Source: Psammoneis japonica
Taxonomy: Eukaryota
Reading direction: 5' to 3'
Length of the DNA: 64,000 nucleotides
Assembly: GCA_008632985.1 (NCBI GenBank)
Contig: QPGO01000057.1
Coordinates: 124,001-188,000, forward strand
Shown: piece after piece, positions 1 through 13,260 of the stretch
Layout: every line of letters starts with the position of its first letter
Position numbering within the stretch: position 1 is the stretch's first letter
Position numbers and translations under genes: made by a program
Notes under the pieces: model-generated
Seen by the model: the letters and a program-made list of their open reading frames with translations, nothing else
The model's database searches: none
Told to the model about the DNA's origin: nothing

Positions 1-3000
1 AACCGCAATCGCAAAACAAAGAAGAAGCTGGCGGTAAGAAACTGAGTCGTAAAGAGTTGCGCCTTCAGAAGCAACAGAAGAAGCAGCAACAGGCAAAGAA
101 GCAGAGTAGTGATGAAGATGACGATTTGATGATGCTTCAGGGTCGTTCTAATGACTACGGGGATGATTCCAGCGAAGACGAGGCGCCTTCACAGCCAGCG
201 AAGAAATTGAGTAAGAAGCAACAGAGAAAACAGGCGGCTAAAATGGCCATGTTGGCGCAAAGTAGTAGCAGCGAGGAAGAGACCGAGGAGGATGAAGAGG
301 AGGAAGAAGAAGTTCCACAGCCGGTCAAAAAGTTATCAAAGAAGCAGCTTAACAAGCAGAGAGAATTAGAAGCTTTGGCTGCTCTGGCCGAAGAGGTGAG
401 TGAAGAACAATCGGAGCAATCGGAAGCTTCGGTAGTTGACGAGGATGAGGCAGAAAGCGATGGTGACGAGCTCGCAATTGACATGAGCAACTTAAAAATG
501 ATAGACGAGGATGATCTCGATGACATGGGAAAGAAAAAGAAAAAGAAGAAAAAAGATAAGAAAGAAAAGAAAAAATCGAAGCTGGAGAAACAGTTGGCGG
601 AAGCTACCAAGCTGAAAGAGGATGGTTCAGACGAAGACCTCGACGACGAAGCAAAGGCGAAGGCAGCAAAGAAAGCCGAGAAAGCCAAACGTAAAGCAGA
701 AAAGGAAGCAGAAGAAAGCAGCTAAAGAAGCAAAGAGGGCAGCCAAACTAGCGGCAGAAACTGCTAGTCCTTCCGGAGACGACAGAGAAGAAGATGGAGA
801 TGGAGACGATGGGCTGATGTACGGTGCTCCGATGACGTTGCGTGGACAGACAAGAGTCATGCACAAATATCTGCAGAAGAAAAAGCCAAAGAAGGACCTG
901 ATCTGAGTGTAAGCTACTCTGCCATGATGTGATCGTTGTTGCACTTTCTCTGTCGCTGTCTTACCTTTTCATCTGATCTCGATTTAGCTTATCTATGGTC
1001 CAGACGGCAAGAAACTCAGCAACAAAGAGAGGAAACGCGCGTTGAAAGCAAAGCAGGCAGCTGAGCGAGCTGCGGAGTTTGAAGCTTCTGCTGCGCAGGC
1101 CTCGCGTGAAGGAGCTCAGTTTGCATGTTCCCAGACTGCCGTTGCGGATAATGACGCAAAATGGGAAAACGCGCTTGACATTGTGGTCCCATCGTTTAAC
1201 ATTAGTGCAGCGGGAAAGATATTGTTCAAAGACGCTGCATTAATGATTGGTCAGGGCCGAAGATACGGTCTCGTAGGACCAAATGGAAAGGTATGTTGTG
1301 TTGACGCCCATGCCTGTCACTGCGGAGTGCAAGAGTTGTTCCTTCTCGCCATGTGTTGATGAATTTCTCATTTTCCGTCATCGCTGCATTTATTAGGGAA
1401 AATCAACTCTTTTGAAAATGATCGCGTCGGGAGATCTCAAGATTCCGCCCAGGATCGACTACCTCTATGTTGAGCAGGAAGTTGTCGCGGATGATACTCC
1501 TGCGGTCGATGCAGTTCTGAAAGCCGACACGAAGCGCTGGGAACTCCTCGAAGAGGAAAAGTTATTGATGAAACAAGTTGATGATGGTGACGAGGACCCA
1601 AAGAAAGTTGCGCGACTTCAGGAAGTCTTTGAACAACTGACCCAGATGGGAGCAGACAGTGCAGAGGCGAGAGCTCGCCGAATCTTAAACGGACTTGGGT
1701 TCGACCCACAGATGCAGACACAGGCCACCAAGAAGTTCTCCGGTGGTTGGAGGATGCGTATTTCACTTGCTCGTGCTTTGTTTATGGAACCTACCTTGAT
1801 GATGTTAGGTACGAGAAACTCGTGCTCTTGGCTTGCGATGCTGGGCCACTCTTGACTGCTAGACTAACCGTGCTGTCACCTCTGTCTACAATGCACCAGA
1901 CGAACCTACCAACCACCTCGATCTTAACGCCACAATCTGGTTTAGACGATTACCTACAGCGATGGAAGAAGACGCTACTTGTTGTGTCTCACGACCAAGA
2001 CTTTCTCAACAGTGTGTGTCAAGAAATCTTGCATATTGAAGATCTGAAACTAGTGTCGTACAAAGGAAACTATGATAGTTTCAAAAAGGCAGAAGCGACA
2101 AAGCTCAAACAGCAGCAAAAAGCCTGGGAAAAGCAAGAAAAGCGTCTAAGAGAACTCAAGAGATCCGGACAGTCGAGAGCGAAGGCAACCGAGAATGTCA
2201 AAAAGTCGTCAAAGCGTGAACCAGGGGCGAGAAGCGCCAAGAAGAAGAATGATGCTATTGCGTCAGGAACAGCAGCCGCTGAAACAACAGAGTTGATCAA
2301 ACGTCCCCGTGAATATCGCGTCAAAATTGAGTTTTCAGACGTTGCGGAACTCTCGAGGCCTGTTATTGAGGTGAACCGTGTTCATTTTCGTTATTCACCC
2401 AAGTACCCAGTCATCTTCAACGAACTTGATTTCGGAATCGATATGGACAGTCGCATCTGTGTCGTTGGGGCCAATGGAAGTGGCAAGAGTACGCTCCTGA
2501 AGCTTCTCACTGGTGAAGTTGAACCGACCAAGGGCGACGTCCGACGAAACCCTCGACTACGCATGGGTATATACAACCAGCACTTCGTTGATCGTCTTCC
2601 CATGAACAAGACTCCAGTAGAACATCTACGAGACAGGTTTGACGAAGAAGATTATCAATCCATCCGAAACCGCCTTGGAAAGTATGGGCTAGAGGGACAT
2701 GCCCACGAGGTGACCATGCGAGACCTGAGCGGGGGTCAGAAGGCCCGTGTTGTTTTCGTCGAGCTCAGTTTGCAGCGACCTCATATTCTTTTGCTAGGTA
2801 AGGCTGCATGGAGTGAACGTGTGCCACCTCTCCGTTTTTTTCATCGCTGTCCTCACTGTACGAGGTGCCGTGCCCTTTGTCTCGTCGTTATTGCTTTCAA
2901 ACTCTTGCGTGTAGATGAACCCACGAACAACCTAGACATCGAGTCCATTGATGCTCTTATACAGGCCATCAACGAGTTTTCTGGGGGGATTGTAGTTGTT

Positions 3001-3234
3001 ACGCACGACCAACGCCTAATTGATGAATGCGAATGTGACCTATGGGTTGTTGACAAGCAGAGTGCCACCAAGTGGGATGCAGGATTTGATGATTACAAGG
3101 ATACTCTATTGAGAGAGCTCGAAGAGGACTACGAAAGGGAGGCTGCGGTGCGTCGAGAAAAAATAGAAGCGGCCGCCAATGCACGTGCGGAGAAGATCGC
3201 TCGTCTGGAAGCAAAGCTCAAGGCCAAAAAGTAG
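1..3234 (+). CDS. ABC-F family ATPase (ABCF1/GCN20-like), 5' end probably outside the window, multi-exon
   Basis: Lys/Glu-rich N-terminus and two ABC domains ([51 protein letters not shown]), no TM segments. Introns at about 909-987, 1291-1396, 1809-1899 and 2798-2914 restore the motifs. Single-base slips near 715, 830 and 1941 are probably assembly errors. Confidence 0.93.
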
Positions 3235-3365
3235 AGCAGTCAAAACTTAAAACAATCTCTCAAATCGCGCAGATGACACTAATAAGCAAAGCAGAAGCCA
3301 GCGCCATTCGTATGCTTTCTTTTATCTCCGTTTCTGCCCCCTTCATCGTTCCAAGCATCAAGTTT

Positions 3366-4656
3366 TCAAGACTGCTCTTTTTGTTTCCTCTCCAATTCCT
3401 CTATCTCCTCCGTCTTGTAAAATTCAAAGGATATTCGCTTTCGCAGTTCAGCATTCGCCCAATTGTAAGTTGTGAATGTTCTGTTTCCAAGTTTTTTTCG
3501 CCTTGTCAGACTATCCACAGTGTAGAAACGAACTCGAGTCGCGTTGCTCAGGTAGCCAGCCCAAAATGCAAAGGTTGACATTGACATTCCCACTAACTCT
3601 TTCTGTGTCGATCTGAGAAAGCAGAAATCTTGGAGTCCCGTTTGACCCTCAACTATGCGAACCACCAAACCACGTGCCTTGAGAGCAGATACGTACTTTT
3701 GAACTTCCGCGCCCCCAATTCGCGTTGTAATGGCTACTTTTTCCCCGGGTTTCAAATGCCCAAAGATTTCTGTAGCTGTCTTGTTTGCACTCAATTCTAC
3801 AAAACCCAGAGTATTCCACACGCGCGGCATTTCTCCTTTAAAGTTTCGAAAGTGCTAGAGAAAGATTTACAAATAAACAAAACGTGAGGAGTCACATCTA
3901 CATTGGAATACATCTCCGCGACTTGAATACACTTACAAAAACGCTTTCGTCTGGATCCGGTCTTGCCTTGCAGCAAGCCTCCTCGTCAAAGACAAATAAT
4001 TTGCGCAGTTCTTCATAGTATTTATCCATGAGAAACATCGCACCATTGCCAAAGGAGTCGGTAAATAGTAAAGGCATCGAGACGTTTGCGTTGGGGCGAA
4101 CAAAGCCATCCGCCGGTGGTGGGCCCTGTAGTAATGTCTTGAGGTAACGTAGAGAATCATTAAGACAAACGTCGGTGCCACAGCGCATCGACGAGAGTCG
4201 AGACGAATTTGCTCCCAGCCATTGAGCTTGCGCAGCAAAAGTATCTGCTACCTCTTGCGTGTTTCCTGCACGAAAGTCATATGGTCGCATGTTGGGAAAG
4301 CATGCTTTTGTAGCCACCATGGCCCGATACCACTTACTATGTGCTTGTGCTTTGAATACAAGCTCCGTATTGTGTATTCCAAAGTATTCTTCGGCCCATA
4401 GCTGCATCGCGCGGCCAAATGCGATTTTGGATAGCTGATTTCCCATTTCTCCCGACAGTTGTATTACAATTGTAGTGTTTCTGGATAAAGCCCACGGACT
4501 CAAGGGAGCATCGACAGCTTTGTTTGTTCTACTTTCGACATTGGCTGAAACTTGCCTATGAAGCGACGACTCATCTGACAAAAAGTACAGGGTAATATTC
4601 AGGACAATAACCACCACTATCCCAGCCTTTCTCTTTAAAAACGAAGGTCCCGCCAT
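3366..4656 (-). CDS. GT11-like (alpha-1,2-fucosyltransferase-like) type II membrane glycosyltransferase, copy 1
   Basis: N-terminal TM. IQLSGEMGNQL, VF|HFRNF (intron 3855-3936) and DFCFL...STFAFWAGYL resemble GT11 motifs. Confidence 0.6.
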
Positions 4657-4680
4657 TACATATCTCAAAGGAAGACATCA

Positions 4681-5469
4681 CTATACTGGTAGATGCCTGA
4701 TGTTGTGTTGGAGTACCTGGAAAGGCAGGGTCGGTTGTGCGTGAGGAGTCTCAGTCGTGACGCAATCACAGTCATCCTGCTGGATCCGAATGACCGTTTC
4801 GACATCGGACATTTGTGCAAGTGACCAAAAAAGACTCACGTCATTCAATTCTTCAAAGCCAACAATGCCGAGGCGGTGGCTGCGTGCCATTTTGCAGCCT
4901 CTGCAAGCTGCCCCCTTGTGGTGAACCCAGTCATGCCCAAGAGTTCCTTCAATCCACAACGGCCGATGGGTCCAGAGCATGCAGGTGCTGCACCTCCTCT
5001 CTGTGCTGGCAGGGGCCCAGCGGAAGCTCTGTGGAGATGGGCAGCCGCTCTGCTCTTCAACGCTGTCGTCGGCGTCTCATGTGAGCACAGCCCTCTTTGC
5101 CGCCTGGGCTATGCTGGGCCACTGACAATTGCAACCTGCATTCTCAAACAGCAGCACCAGCTCCACATCTTCTTGGCAAGTGGCTGGGTGGGCAAAACAC
5201 ACAGCATTGCCAGGCGCGGGCCAGCGGTTGTCAAAAAGCTGCTCTCCGTGCCTGCCAGACCTCAGACCTTGGCCTCTTTCTCCAAATGTCTGTTTTTTGC
5301 AAGCAGCATGGCTGAAATGTGCTGGACAGATGCTCTCATTCAGCATCTCCATGTGCCCCTGCTGCCCCTGCTCTCCAAATCTGCGGAGCCAGAGAGACCA
5401 AGCAGCTCAGCAGCCTTGTGCTGCGACGGCTGCAGCGCTGGCTGCAGAGCCAGGCTGGCCAGCCATTGT
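4681..5469 (-). pseudogene. Decayed ORF of unknown function inside TpA-depleted domain A
   Basis: One frame of about 260 codons (MAGQPGSAASAAAVAAQ...NIRHLPV) broken by two TGA stops. Tyr-free and Cys/His-rich. Confidence 0.35.
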
Positions 5470-5960
5470 AAGATTTTTTCACTCACATGCCACAATGGTG
5501 CACCCAATGACAAGTTGACAAGCTGTGCACTCAACAAGAAAATGCCCCAAGAGCACGAGAAACAAAACCAGCCATTCAGCAAGCTCTTGGCCAAGCAGAA
5601 ATTGTTTTTTTGTCTCATTGTTTGGCAAAGAAGCAGTTTCTTGTCTTTTTGCCTGAAGCACTTCTTCACAAATCCAGGTTGTCAAATTGTCACACTTGCC
5701 TTTCTTTCTCTGCTGGCTCTTGTCCAGCTGAAAAGCATTGTCAATCCTTGTGCCTGGGCAAAGGAGGCTCGTCATGTGCTGAGTTGCCATGCTTTTGGTC
5801 TTGTCTTTGTTGCTTTTTAATTCTGGCATGCAGATGAACCCACGAACACCTGGACATCGAGTCCATTGATGCTCTGAGGGTCCATCCAGGCCATTGACGA
5901 GTTTTCTGGTGGAATTGCAGTTGTAACGCACGACCAGCGCCTGAGGATGAATGTGACCCA
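4720..5960. other. TpA/CpG-depleted, TpG/CpA-rich domain A
   Basis: Only a handful of TA dinucleotides in about 1.2 kb; flanks are normal. Confidence 0.85.
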
Positions 5961-6152
5961 TGGGTTGTTTACAAGCAGAGTACCACAAAGTGGGATGCAG
6001 GATTCGATGAGTACAAGGATGCTCTATTAAGAGAGCTCGAAGAGGACTACGAAAGGGAGGCTGCGGCGCGTCGAGAAAAGCTAGAAGCGGCAGCAAATGC
6101 AAGGGCGGAGAAGATCGCTCGTCTGGAAGCAAGCCTCAAGGCCAAAAAGTAG
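5765..6152 (+). pseudogene. Partial duplicate of the last ABCF intron and exon
   Basis: Aligns to about 2850-3234 with indels and frameshifts. Part of a tandem duplication that also carries the GT11-like gene. Confidence 0.92.
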
Positions 6153-6279
6153 AAGCAGTCAAACTTAACAGAATATCTCAATCGAGAGGATGACACTATA
6201 AGGAATGCAGAAGCCAACGCCATTCGTATGCGTTTTCATCTCCGTTTCTATCCTATTGATCGCCCTAAGCACAAAGTTT

Positions 6280-7614
6280 TCAAGACTCCTCCTTTTGATT
6301 TTTCTCCAATTCCTCTATCTCCTCCGTCTTGTAATATTCAAATGATATTCGCGTTCGCAGCTCAGCATTCTTCCAATTGTGATTTACGAATGTTCTGTTT
6401 CCAAATCTTTTTCGCCGGGTCAGACTATCCACAGAATACAAACGAACTCGTGTCGCGTTGCTCAGGTAACTAGCCCAAAATGCGAAGGTTGACATGGACA
6501 TTCCCACTAACTCTTTTTGTGTCGACCTGAGAAAGCAGAAATCTTGGAGTCCCGTTTGACCCTCAACTATGCGAACCACCAAACCACGTGCCTCGAGAGC
6601 GGATACGTACTTTTGAGCTTCCTCGTCCCCAATTCGCGTTGTAATGGCTACCTTTTCCCCGGGTTTCAAATGCCCAAAAATTTCTGTGGCTGTCTTGTTT
6701 GGACTCAATTCTACAAAACCCTTAGCATTCCAAACGCGTGGCATTTCTCCTTTAAAGTTTCGAAAGTGCTAGATAATGTCAAAAATAAGATTCGGTGAGA
6801 AGCAAGTCCAAGCAAAAGGTACGTATAATCTCCCCTGCGTGACTCCCAATACACTTACAAAAACACTTTCGTCCGGATCTGGTCTTTCCTTGCAGCAAGC
6901 CTCCTCGTCAAACACAAATAATTTACTCATTTCTTCATAGTATCTATCCATGAGAAAAAGCGCGTTGTTGCTAAATTGATCGGTCAAAACCAAAGGCATA
7001 GAAACGTTTGCGTCGGGGCGAACGAAGTCATCTGCCGGCGGAGGGCCCTGTAGTAATTTCTTGAGGTATTGCAGAGAATCATTAAGACAAACGTCGCTCA
7101 TACAGAGCATCGACGAGAGTCGAGACGAATTTGCGTCTCCCAACCATTGTGCTTGAGCTGCCAACGTGTCTGCTACCTCTTGCGTGTTTCCAGCACGAAA
7201 GTCGTATGGTCGCATGTTGGGGAAGCATGCTTTTGTAGCCTCCATGGCTCGACGCCACTTACTATGTGACTGTGCTTTGAATACAAGCTCCGTATTGTGT
7301 ATTCCAAAATGTTCTTGGGCCCACAGTTGCACAGCGCGGCCAAACGCGATTTTGGAAAGCTGATTTCCCATTTCTCCCGACAGTTGTATTACAATTGTAG
7401 TGTTTCTGGATAAAGCCCACGGACTCAAGGGAGTTTCATATGTTTTATTCTGAAGTAAAACGGCAGATTTGTTTGTTTTGGTTTCCATTCTTTCCGAAAC
7501 TCGCCTACGAACCGACGACTCATCTGACGAAAAGTAGAGCGCTACATTCAGGACAATCAACGCCACCACGACAGCTATCCCAGTCTTTCCCTTTAGACAC
7601 GAAGGGCCCGCCAT
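6280..7614 (-). CDS. GT11-like glycosyltransferase, copy 2 (tandem paralogue)
   Basis: Highly similar to 3366-4656, same intron position (6769-6858), intact frame. Confidence 0.6.
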
Positions 7615-7899
7615 TATATCAGGGGAGGATAATGGTTTATGTTATGCGCGGTGAGTCGTAAGCAATGCAGCACTCGATCCGTCATCGGAGCACACCATGT
7701 TCAATGTTGCCGGCAACGCTTGGCCGGGTTCGCGGTTTGAATTCTGGCATTCTAATAAATCATGTCCGTATTATTTGAATATTTTCCAACGCTTGCCTTT
7801 ATTCAACTCTGAAGAAGTAGTTATAATGTCAGCATCAGTTTTCTTTGACGTCTGTCAGTGCCGGCGGATCTTTCGAAATGAATGTGCGACTTGATAAAA

Positions 7900-10550
7900 T
7901 CACCGTCACTGTTGTGTTTTGTGTTCCCGCATTTGCAGTTGTTGCAGTTTGTCTCTGATGCTTGGATGTGTGTTGAGCATGCTTTGCATGAAAGAGCAAG
8001 TCTCTGTGTTCCCACTCTCGGGCTGGTGTGTGGCATTCGTTTTGAAACTTTGGTGCCCCTCGCCCTGATGATGCTCCCCAATCACGTGCTCAGAGTGAGC
8101 CACGCTGCTGCAGCATTTTCAATCAGCATGAGAAAATGGGAAATTCCAGGAGCCAACAGTGACCCACACAGAGAAAAAATGGTGATGGTGTCAGGACAAC
8201 AAAAGTCTGTGTGAGAGAGAACCTCTGCCACCACTTTTTTGCAGCTGCGCGCTCCTTTTGCATTGTCGAACCACACAGTGAGACAAGCTTCTTTTCTGTG
8301 TCAACTTGCCACACCCACTTTGTGGCATTTTTGAGCTGTTGTTCAGTTGAGGTCATCATGTGCTTGGTCAACACAGCCCCTGCCAGTGGGCCTGTGAAAC
8401 TTCTCTTGTTTCTCTTCCAAGAAAGCAGCAAAGCAGCAGTCTCTGCAGCACTTCCTCACTTTTTTCTTCCTGGGCTGGTGTCAATCAGAGACAGCACTTC
8501 TTCTTTTGGGGCTTGCAACCACAGCACTCTGAACACCCTCATGTGCTCCTGCTGCACCACTTTTTTCTGCTTTTCTGCCCCGGCAGCAGGGGCAGAAGAT
8601 TGCTGAGCAAGCCGCAGCGCATCTTGAGCTGGAGCATTTCTTCTGCAGTTGTGACCAGCAACTCTCTTGATTGTGCAAGTCATGTTCTTTCTCTTGTTGT
8701 GCCCCAAACAACACCTTCCAAGTGCCTAAAAGGATGGCTTGATGGCACTGCATCATTGCCCAAAGTGTGCCAACACACTGGTGAGCAGGCAAGCTTGGTT
8801 GCAAAGCTCCTCATGTGATGTCTGCAAAAGCTTTTGAGCACACTTGTTGAGATGACTGGCTGCTGTCACATGATGGCCAATCCAGCCCTGCAGCAGCTGA
8901 CTCAACAGGAGGTCTCCACCTGGTGGGTCCAAGAAGTGGCAAGGAAGAAGTTTTGACAAGAACCTTGCTCTTGACTGTGTGGAGCAGTCATGCAGCCCGA
9001 GGAGCGCTTGAGGAGGTGGGTCATGAGAGCTCTTGTTGTGTGCCTTCCAGCTTGTTGGCAAGCACTGAGCTGCCAGCCAAGCATGCTGCATGGCAAGCCT
9101 GCACAAAGAAGTGCAAAATTCATCACATTGCAAGATGCACTTTTCTGACAAGAGAAAAAGGTGCCCATCAGTGAGCCCAAGATCATGAGCCAGATTTGTG
9201 TGACTGCTTCTTGTTGTGCACCATCACTCTGATGACATGCCAAAAATGTGCAGCTGGGGTCATCAGCAAATCTGCTGGCTTTCTTTGATCCTGACAGAGC
9301 AAACGCAGTGCTCACATTGGAGATTTCTTCTGTTTCTTGCTGTTTTGCCAGGTGCCAGGTGTGTGGCTGCCCCTTTGCCAAAGTTTTGGGATTGGGGTTT
9401 TTTTTCGGCATGTCTGTCATTCACAAAATGTTCATCATTCAAGTCATCATCTCCAATCTGTGAAGTGTTGGAAATGTTTTTTTTCATGGAGAGAACTCTG
9501 TCTCCCTTGTTTTGATCACATGGCTCAAGCTTTCCTTCTGAAGAGCAATGAAAGCTTGCCAGTGGTGGTGTGAGCTGCACACTCAGGAGTGCTGCCATTG
9601 ACCTCTGTTCAGACCAGCAGAGCAGGCTCTTTTCTTTTTTCTGCAGCCAGCCACCTCTGTGAGCCCTCACCCCCACAGTTTTGACTTTGCGACACCTGTT
9701 GAAATCAGCAAAACAACACTTGATGGTGCAAACAGCAGCCACTCTTTGTTGCTGTGTGGGGTTGTGCCAAAAGGTGGTGGGAATCTGATGTGATGTGAAG
9801 TCACTTTGGTTTCTCTGTGCTTTTTTCTTCTTCCTTCATGCTTGTGTCCAGCTTTTGCCACTTCTGTGCCTCCTGCAGTGTTCTTGTTGGTGGATTGAAT
9901 GTGTGGGGGATGACAGTTCTTTTCAATCAAGCAAAGAGCCAAAGAGCCTGGTTGGCAAAACAAGGGCAGGGTGAGGCAGCAAGAGGAGGCATGGAAAAGG
10001 CTGCAGAAGCGGGAGCAAAGAAAGGGCGCACAGCAAGACAGCACACGGGGCATTTCAAAGAAGGAGATGGGAGAGGTGTTGGTGCAAACAGCAGACAGAA
10101 ATCAAAGGGCATGGGCAGAGAGACAATGAAAAATGTTGCTGCCAAGAGTTGTGGTGGTCCGTGGGGAGGCAGTGGAGGAGCGGCAAGAAGAGCCAAAATG
10201 GTCAGCAGTGAGCTGAGGCCAGGCAAAGTCAGTGGAGAGGACAGAAGCACAGCAGATGGTGAAGTGAGAGCATGACAGAAGGCAATGCAGGAAGGGTCAG
10301 AGACTTGGAAAGCAGAGAAGTCAGACCAGGGGGGGGGGCTTGAGAGAGCAGGGGAGGAGGAGCCAAAAAGGAAGTGATGGAAGAAACAAAGAAGCCAAGA
10401 CAACCGAGGTGATCCATGGTGAAAGGCAGGGAGAAGATCCCGTCGTCATCATTGCGAGACTGAAAAGTGAGGGAGCCATTGGAAAAAGAGGCAGCAGGAC
10501 CAAGAAACTTTGACCTCTCGCTCGTGTGGTGTGCCTCAGTTTCTCGGAGG
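7900..10550. other. TpA/CpG-depleted domain B, probably decayed mobile DNA of unidentified type
   Basis: About one TA (CCTAAA near 8726) in 2.6 kb. No recognisable protein motif found. Confidence 0.85.
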
Positions 10551-10811
10551 CTTCGCTAGCTGGCCTGGAATGAAGGAATCTAGGGCCCTAATGAAACAAT
10601 TTGATCACGAAAAGACAAACACCCATGTAAGATAGACGGACGCAAGCAAAATAACCGCCGGTCAACAACAAAAAGACCGCGCAAACCGCAAACCGGAGAC
10701 CGCGAAGACGAAGAAGCCGATGGCCGGGCACTCCAACATTATCATCGCACCTACCGGCACTATTGACCACGACATCGATAACAGATCTGTTCCAGAATAG
10801 TGCACACCATC

Positions 10812-11981
10812 ATGTCTACGTCTAGTTCTGGTGGCGAAGACTCCTCGTCAAGTCAGAAGCGCGTTACACTCACCACGAAAGAAACAGAGGAACGAATGCA
10901 GAGGTTTATTGAAGATCAGCAGCTCTTGGCGTCTCAATCAATCCCCACTGCGTACACACCGACAGTTATGAAAACACCAGTTCTTCCAGATTCGCAGCGT
11001 ATGAAGATTCTAGTAACTGGTGGCGCTGGCTTTGTGGGCTCTCATTTGGTGGATCGTCTCATGACTCAAGGGCACGAGGTTATTGTTCTGGATAATTTCT
11101 TCACCGGGATGAAGCACAATGTTGAGCACTGGATCCATCATCCAAATTTTTCTCTTGTGCGCCACGATATTACGCAGCCTATTCTTCTAGAGGTGGATCA
11201 GATCTATCACTTGGCTTGTCCTGCCTCGCCTCCACACTATCAGTACAACCCTGTCAAGACTATAAAGACAAGTGCTATGGGTACTTTGAATTGTCTTGGC
11301 TTAGCCAAGCGTGTCAAAGCTCGAATTCTACTGGCCTCTACCTCTGAAATCTATGGTGATCCCCTGGTCCATCCTCAGCCCGAAACTTATTGGGGAAACG
11401 TGAATACGATTGGTCCAAGAGCATGCTATGACGAGGGCAAACGCGTTGCTGAAACCATGATGTATGCCTACAAGAACCAGAACGGTGTAGAGACACGCAT
11501 CGCCCGAATCTTTAACACCTTTGGCCCACGCATGCATCCGAACGATGGTCGTGTCGTGTCGAATTTCATCATTCAAGCCTTGCAGGACAAGCCCATGACG
11601 ATCTACGGCGACGGTAGCCAAACACGGTCGTTTCAGTACGTGAGTGACTTGGTGGAGGGTCTCATTACACTCATGAATTCTGACTACGATGCACCTTGTA
11701 ATTTGGGTAATCCCGAAGAATTCTCCATCAAGGAGTTTGCCGAGAATATCAAGCACCTGACAAAGTCCAAGTCGGAAATCCTTTATCTCCCAAAGGTGAC
11801 GGATGATCCCACGCAACGCAAGGCTGACATTACAACCGCTAAGCGTGAGTTAGACTGGTCACCCAAGGTATCTGTCAAGGATGGACTCGAAAAGGCAATC
11901 GAGTATTTCTCGTCAATGATTTCCATTGCAGGAGAAATTGAACCAACCGGTCCACATGCCGCCAAGCCCAAGGGCAAATGA
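10812..11981 (+). CDS. UXS1: UDP-glucuronic acid decarboxylase (UDP-xylose synthase)
   Basis: [63 protein letters not shown]. Confidence 0.96.
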   Translation: MSTSSSGGEDSSSSQKRVTLTTKETEERMQRFIEDQQLLASQSIPTAYTPTVMKTPVLPDSQRMKILVTGGAGFVGSHLVDRLMTQGHEVIVLDNFFTGMKHNVEHWIHHPNFSLVRHDITQPILLEVDQIYHLACPASPPHYQYNPVKTIKTSAMGTLNCLGLAKRVKARILLASTSEIYGDPLVHPQPETYWGNVNTIGPRACYDEGKRVAETMMYAYKNQNGVETRIARIFNTFGPRMHPNDGRVVSNFIIQALQDKPMTIYGDGSQTRSFQYVSDLVEGLITLMNSDYDAPCNLGNPEEFSIKEFAENIKHLTKSKSEILYLPKVTDDPTQRKADITTAKRELDWSPKVSVKDGLEKAIEYFSSMISIAGEIEPTGPHAAKPKGK

Positions 11982-12206
11982 GTTCAAGAAATGCCGGCTA
12001 CGGTAGTAGTGCAGCCAGTAGATATTGTAGTTACCACATGAGTGAGTCACTCCAGAGACCGATAGTAGGTAGCTAAAGTATACCTTTTAAAATTGTTTAC
12101 TCTGCGATTTTAGCCACCAACTTAATTCTTCAATCGAGAGATAGAGCGATCCATATGCGAACGATGTCGTCTATCTGTCATCTGCCGAGCTGATTTCCTT
12201 TTTACA

Positions 12207-13260
12207 ATGGTCAACGATCGGCAACAACCACAACAACGCGAAGAATGGGCCCTGTCGTTTCACCAGCATCGAGCGTGGGGAAAAGGCAAGCGCAACAAGC
12301 CAAAAGGCGACGCCGACAACAATGTTGCGGTGGTGGTTAGATTTCTGGACAAAAAGGCCTTTCGATGATTTAGGCATGGGAATTTGGAGGCGTGTCCTCA
12401 GTTGAGGCTCACTCTTTTGCAGACACGACGATGATGCGCTCCATGCCATGATTGATTGGTGTCTTCACCTGAATTGAAGGCATTCAAGTGACTTTGTAAC
12501 TCATGAAGGATGATTCTCACAGTTGCAATGCCCTTGCCTTGGGAGGATATTTGATTCTCTTCAAAGTTGTCAAAATTGTCACTGACAAGCACTGCAAAAG
12601 ACAGCTTGTCATTGAAAACAGAACTCCAGTTGAAGCCAATGCCATGGGTGCCTTGATGACAAGCAAGGCAGCAAAGATTCTCAAGACCCAGTGCATCTGA
12701 CATGTGGGGCTGGTGGGCTGCTTACATTTTGTGCCTTTTCCATTTGAGCACATTGCTGCCGTGCACGAGGCTGGCATTTTGTTAAAAAGATCATCTCAAC
12801 CCCAGCCCCAAAACTCAATTTTACCAACAGAGAAGAGTGGACAAGGTTCTGTTCCAGCTTGATGTTTGCTTTCCCCTGCATTCTGCACACAAAGCAGAAA
12901 GGATGAACAGCAGCACCACACTGTCCCTGGCTGTCTCCTCATGTGAGCTGTGTGACCTCAGGGGACTTCCCAGCATTGTTGCTCAAATGGGGTGATGTAC
13001 AAACCACTTGCTCTTTGTTCAATCTTTCTGTCTGCAGTTCTTGCTGCTGAAGAGGGGGCTGCATCTTGAAAACATCATCCTTGGAAGGCTTTGGGAGAAA
13101 TCATGTCTTGAGCAAAGGCTCGCTCAAGCACTGCACGTGCCCAACATTTTGGACAATGTTGTCAACATGGGATGCTCTTGTGAAAAGGAATCCAAGAACA
13201 TGATGGTGTGTGGTCAGTGTGACACATGGTTTGGCACTGCAGCAATGGTCATGAGTTTCC
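12207..13260 (+). mobile_element. Probable Mutator/MULE-like transposase remnant with SWIM-like and PHD-like fingers
   Basis: EEWALSF...DNNVA, then GCLHFVPFPFEHIAAV (SWIM-like PCxH) and CSC...MMVCGQCDTWF (PHD-like), with stops and shifts. Confidence 0.4.

Noticed and set aside
155..688. Antisense Ser/Phe-rich ORF
   Set aside because: Mirror of the Lys/Glu-rich ABCF N-terminus.
700..1950. Programmed frameshifting in ABCF
   Set aside because: Similar slips occur in many unrelated genes, so assembly error is the simpler explanation.
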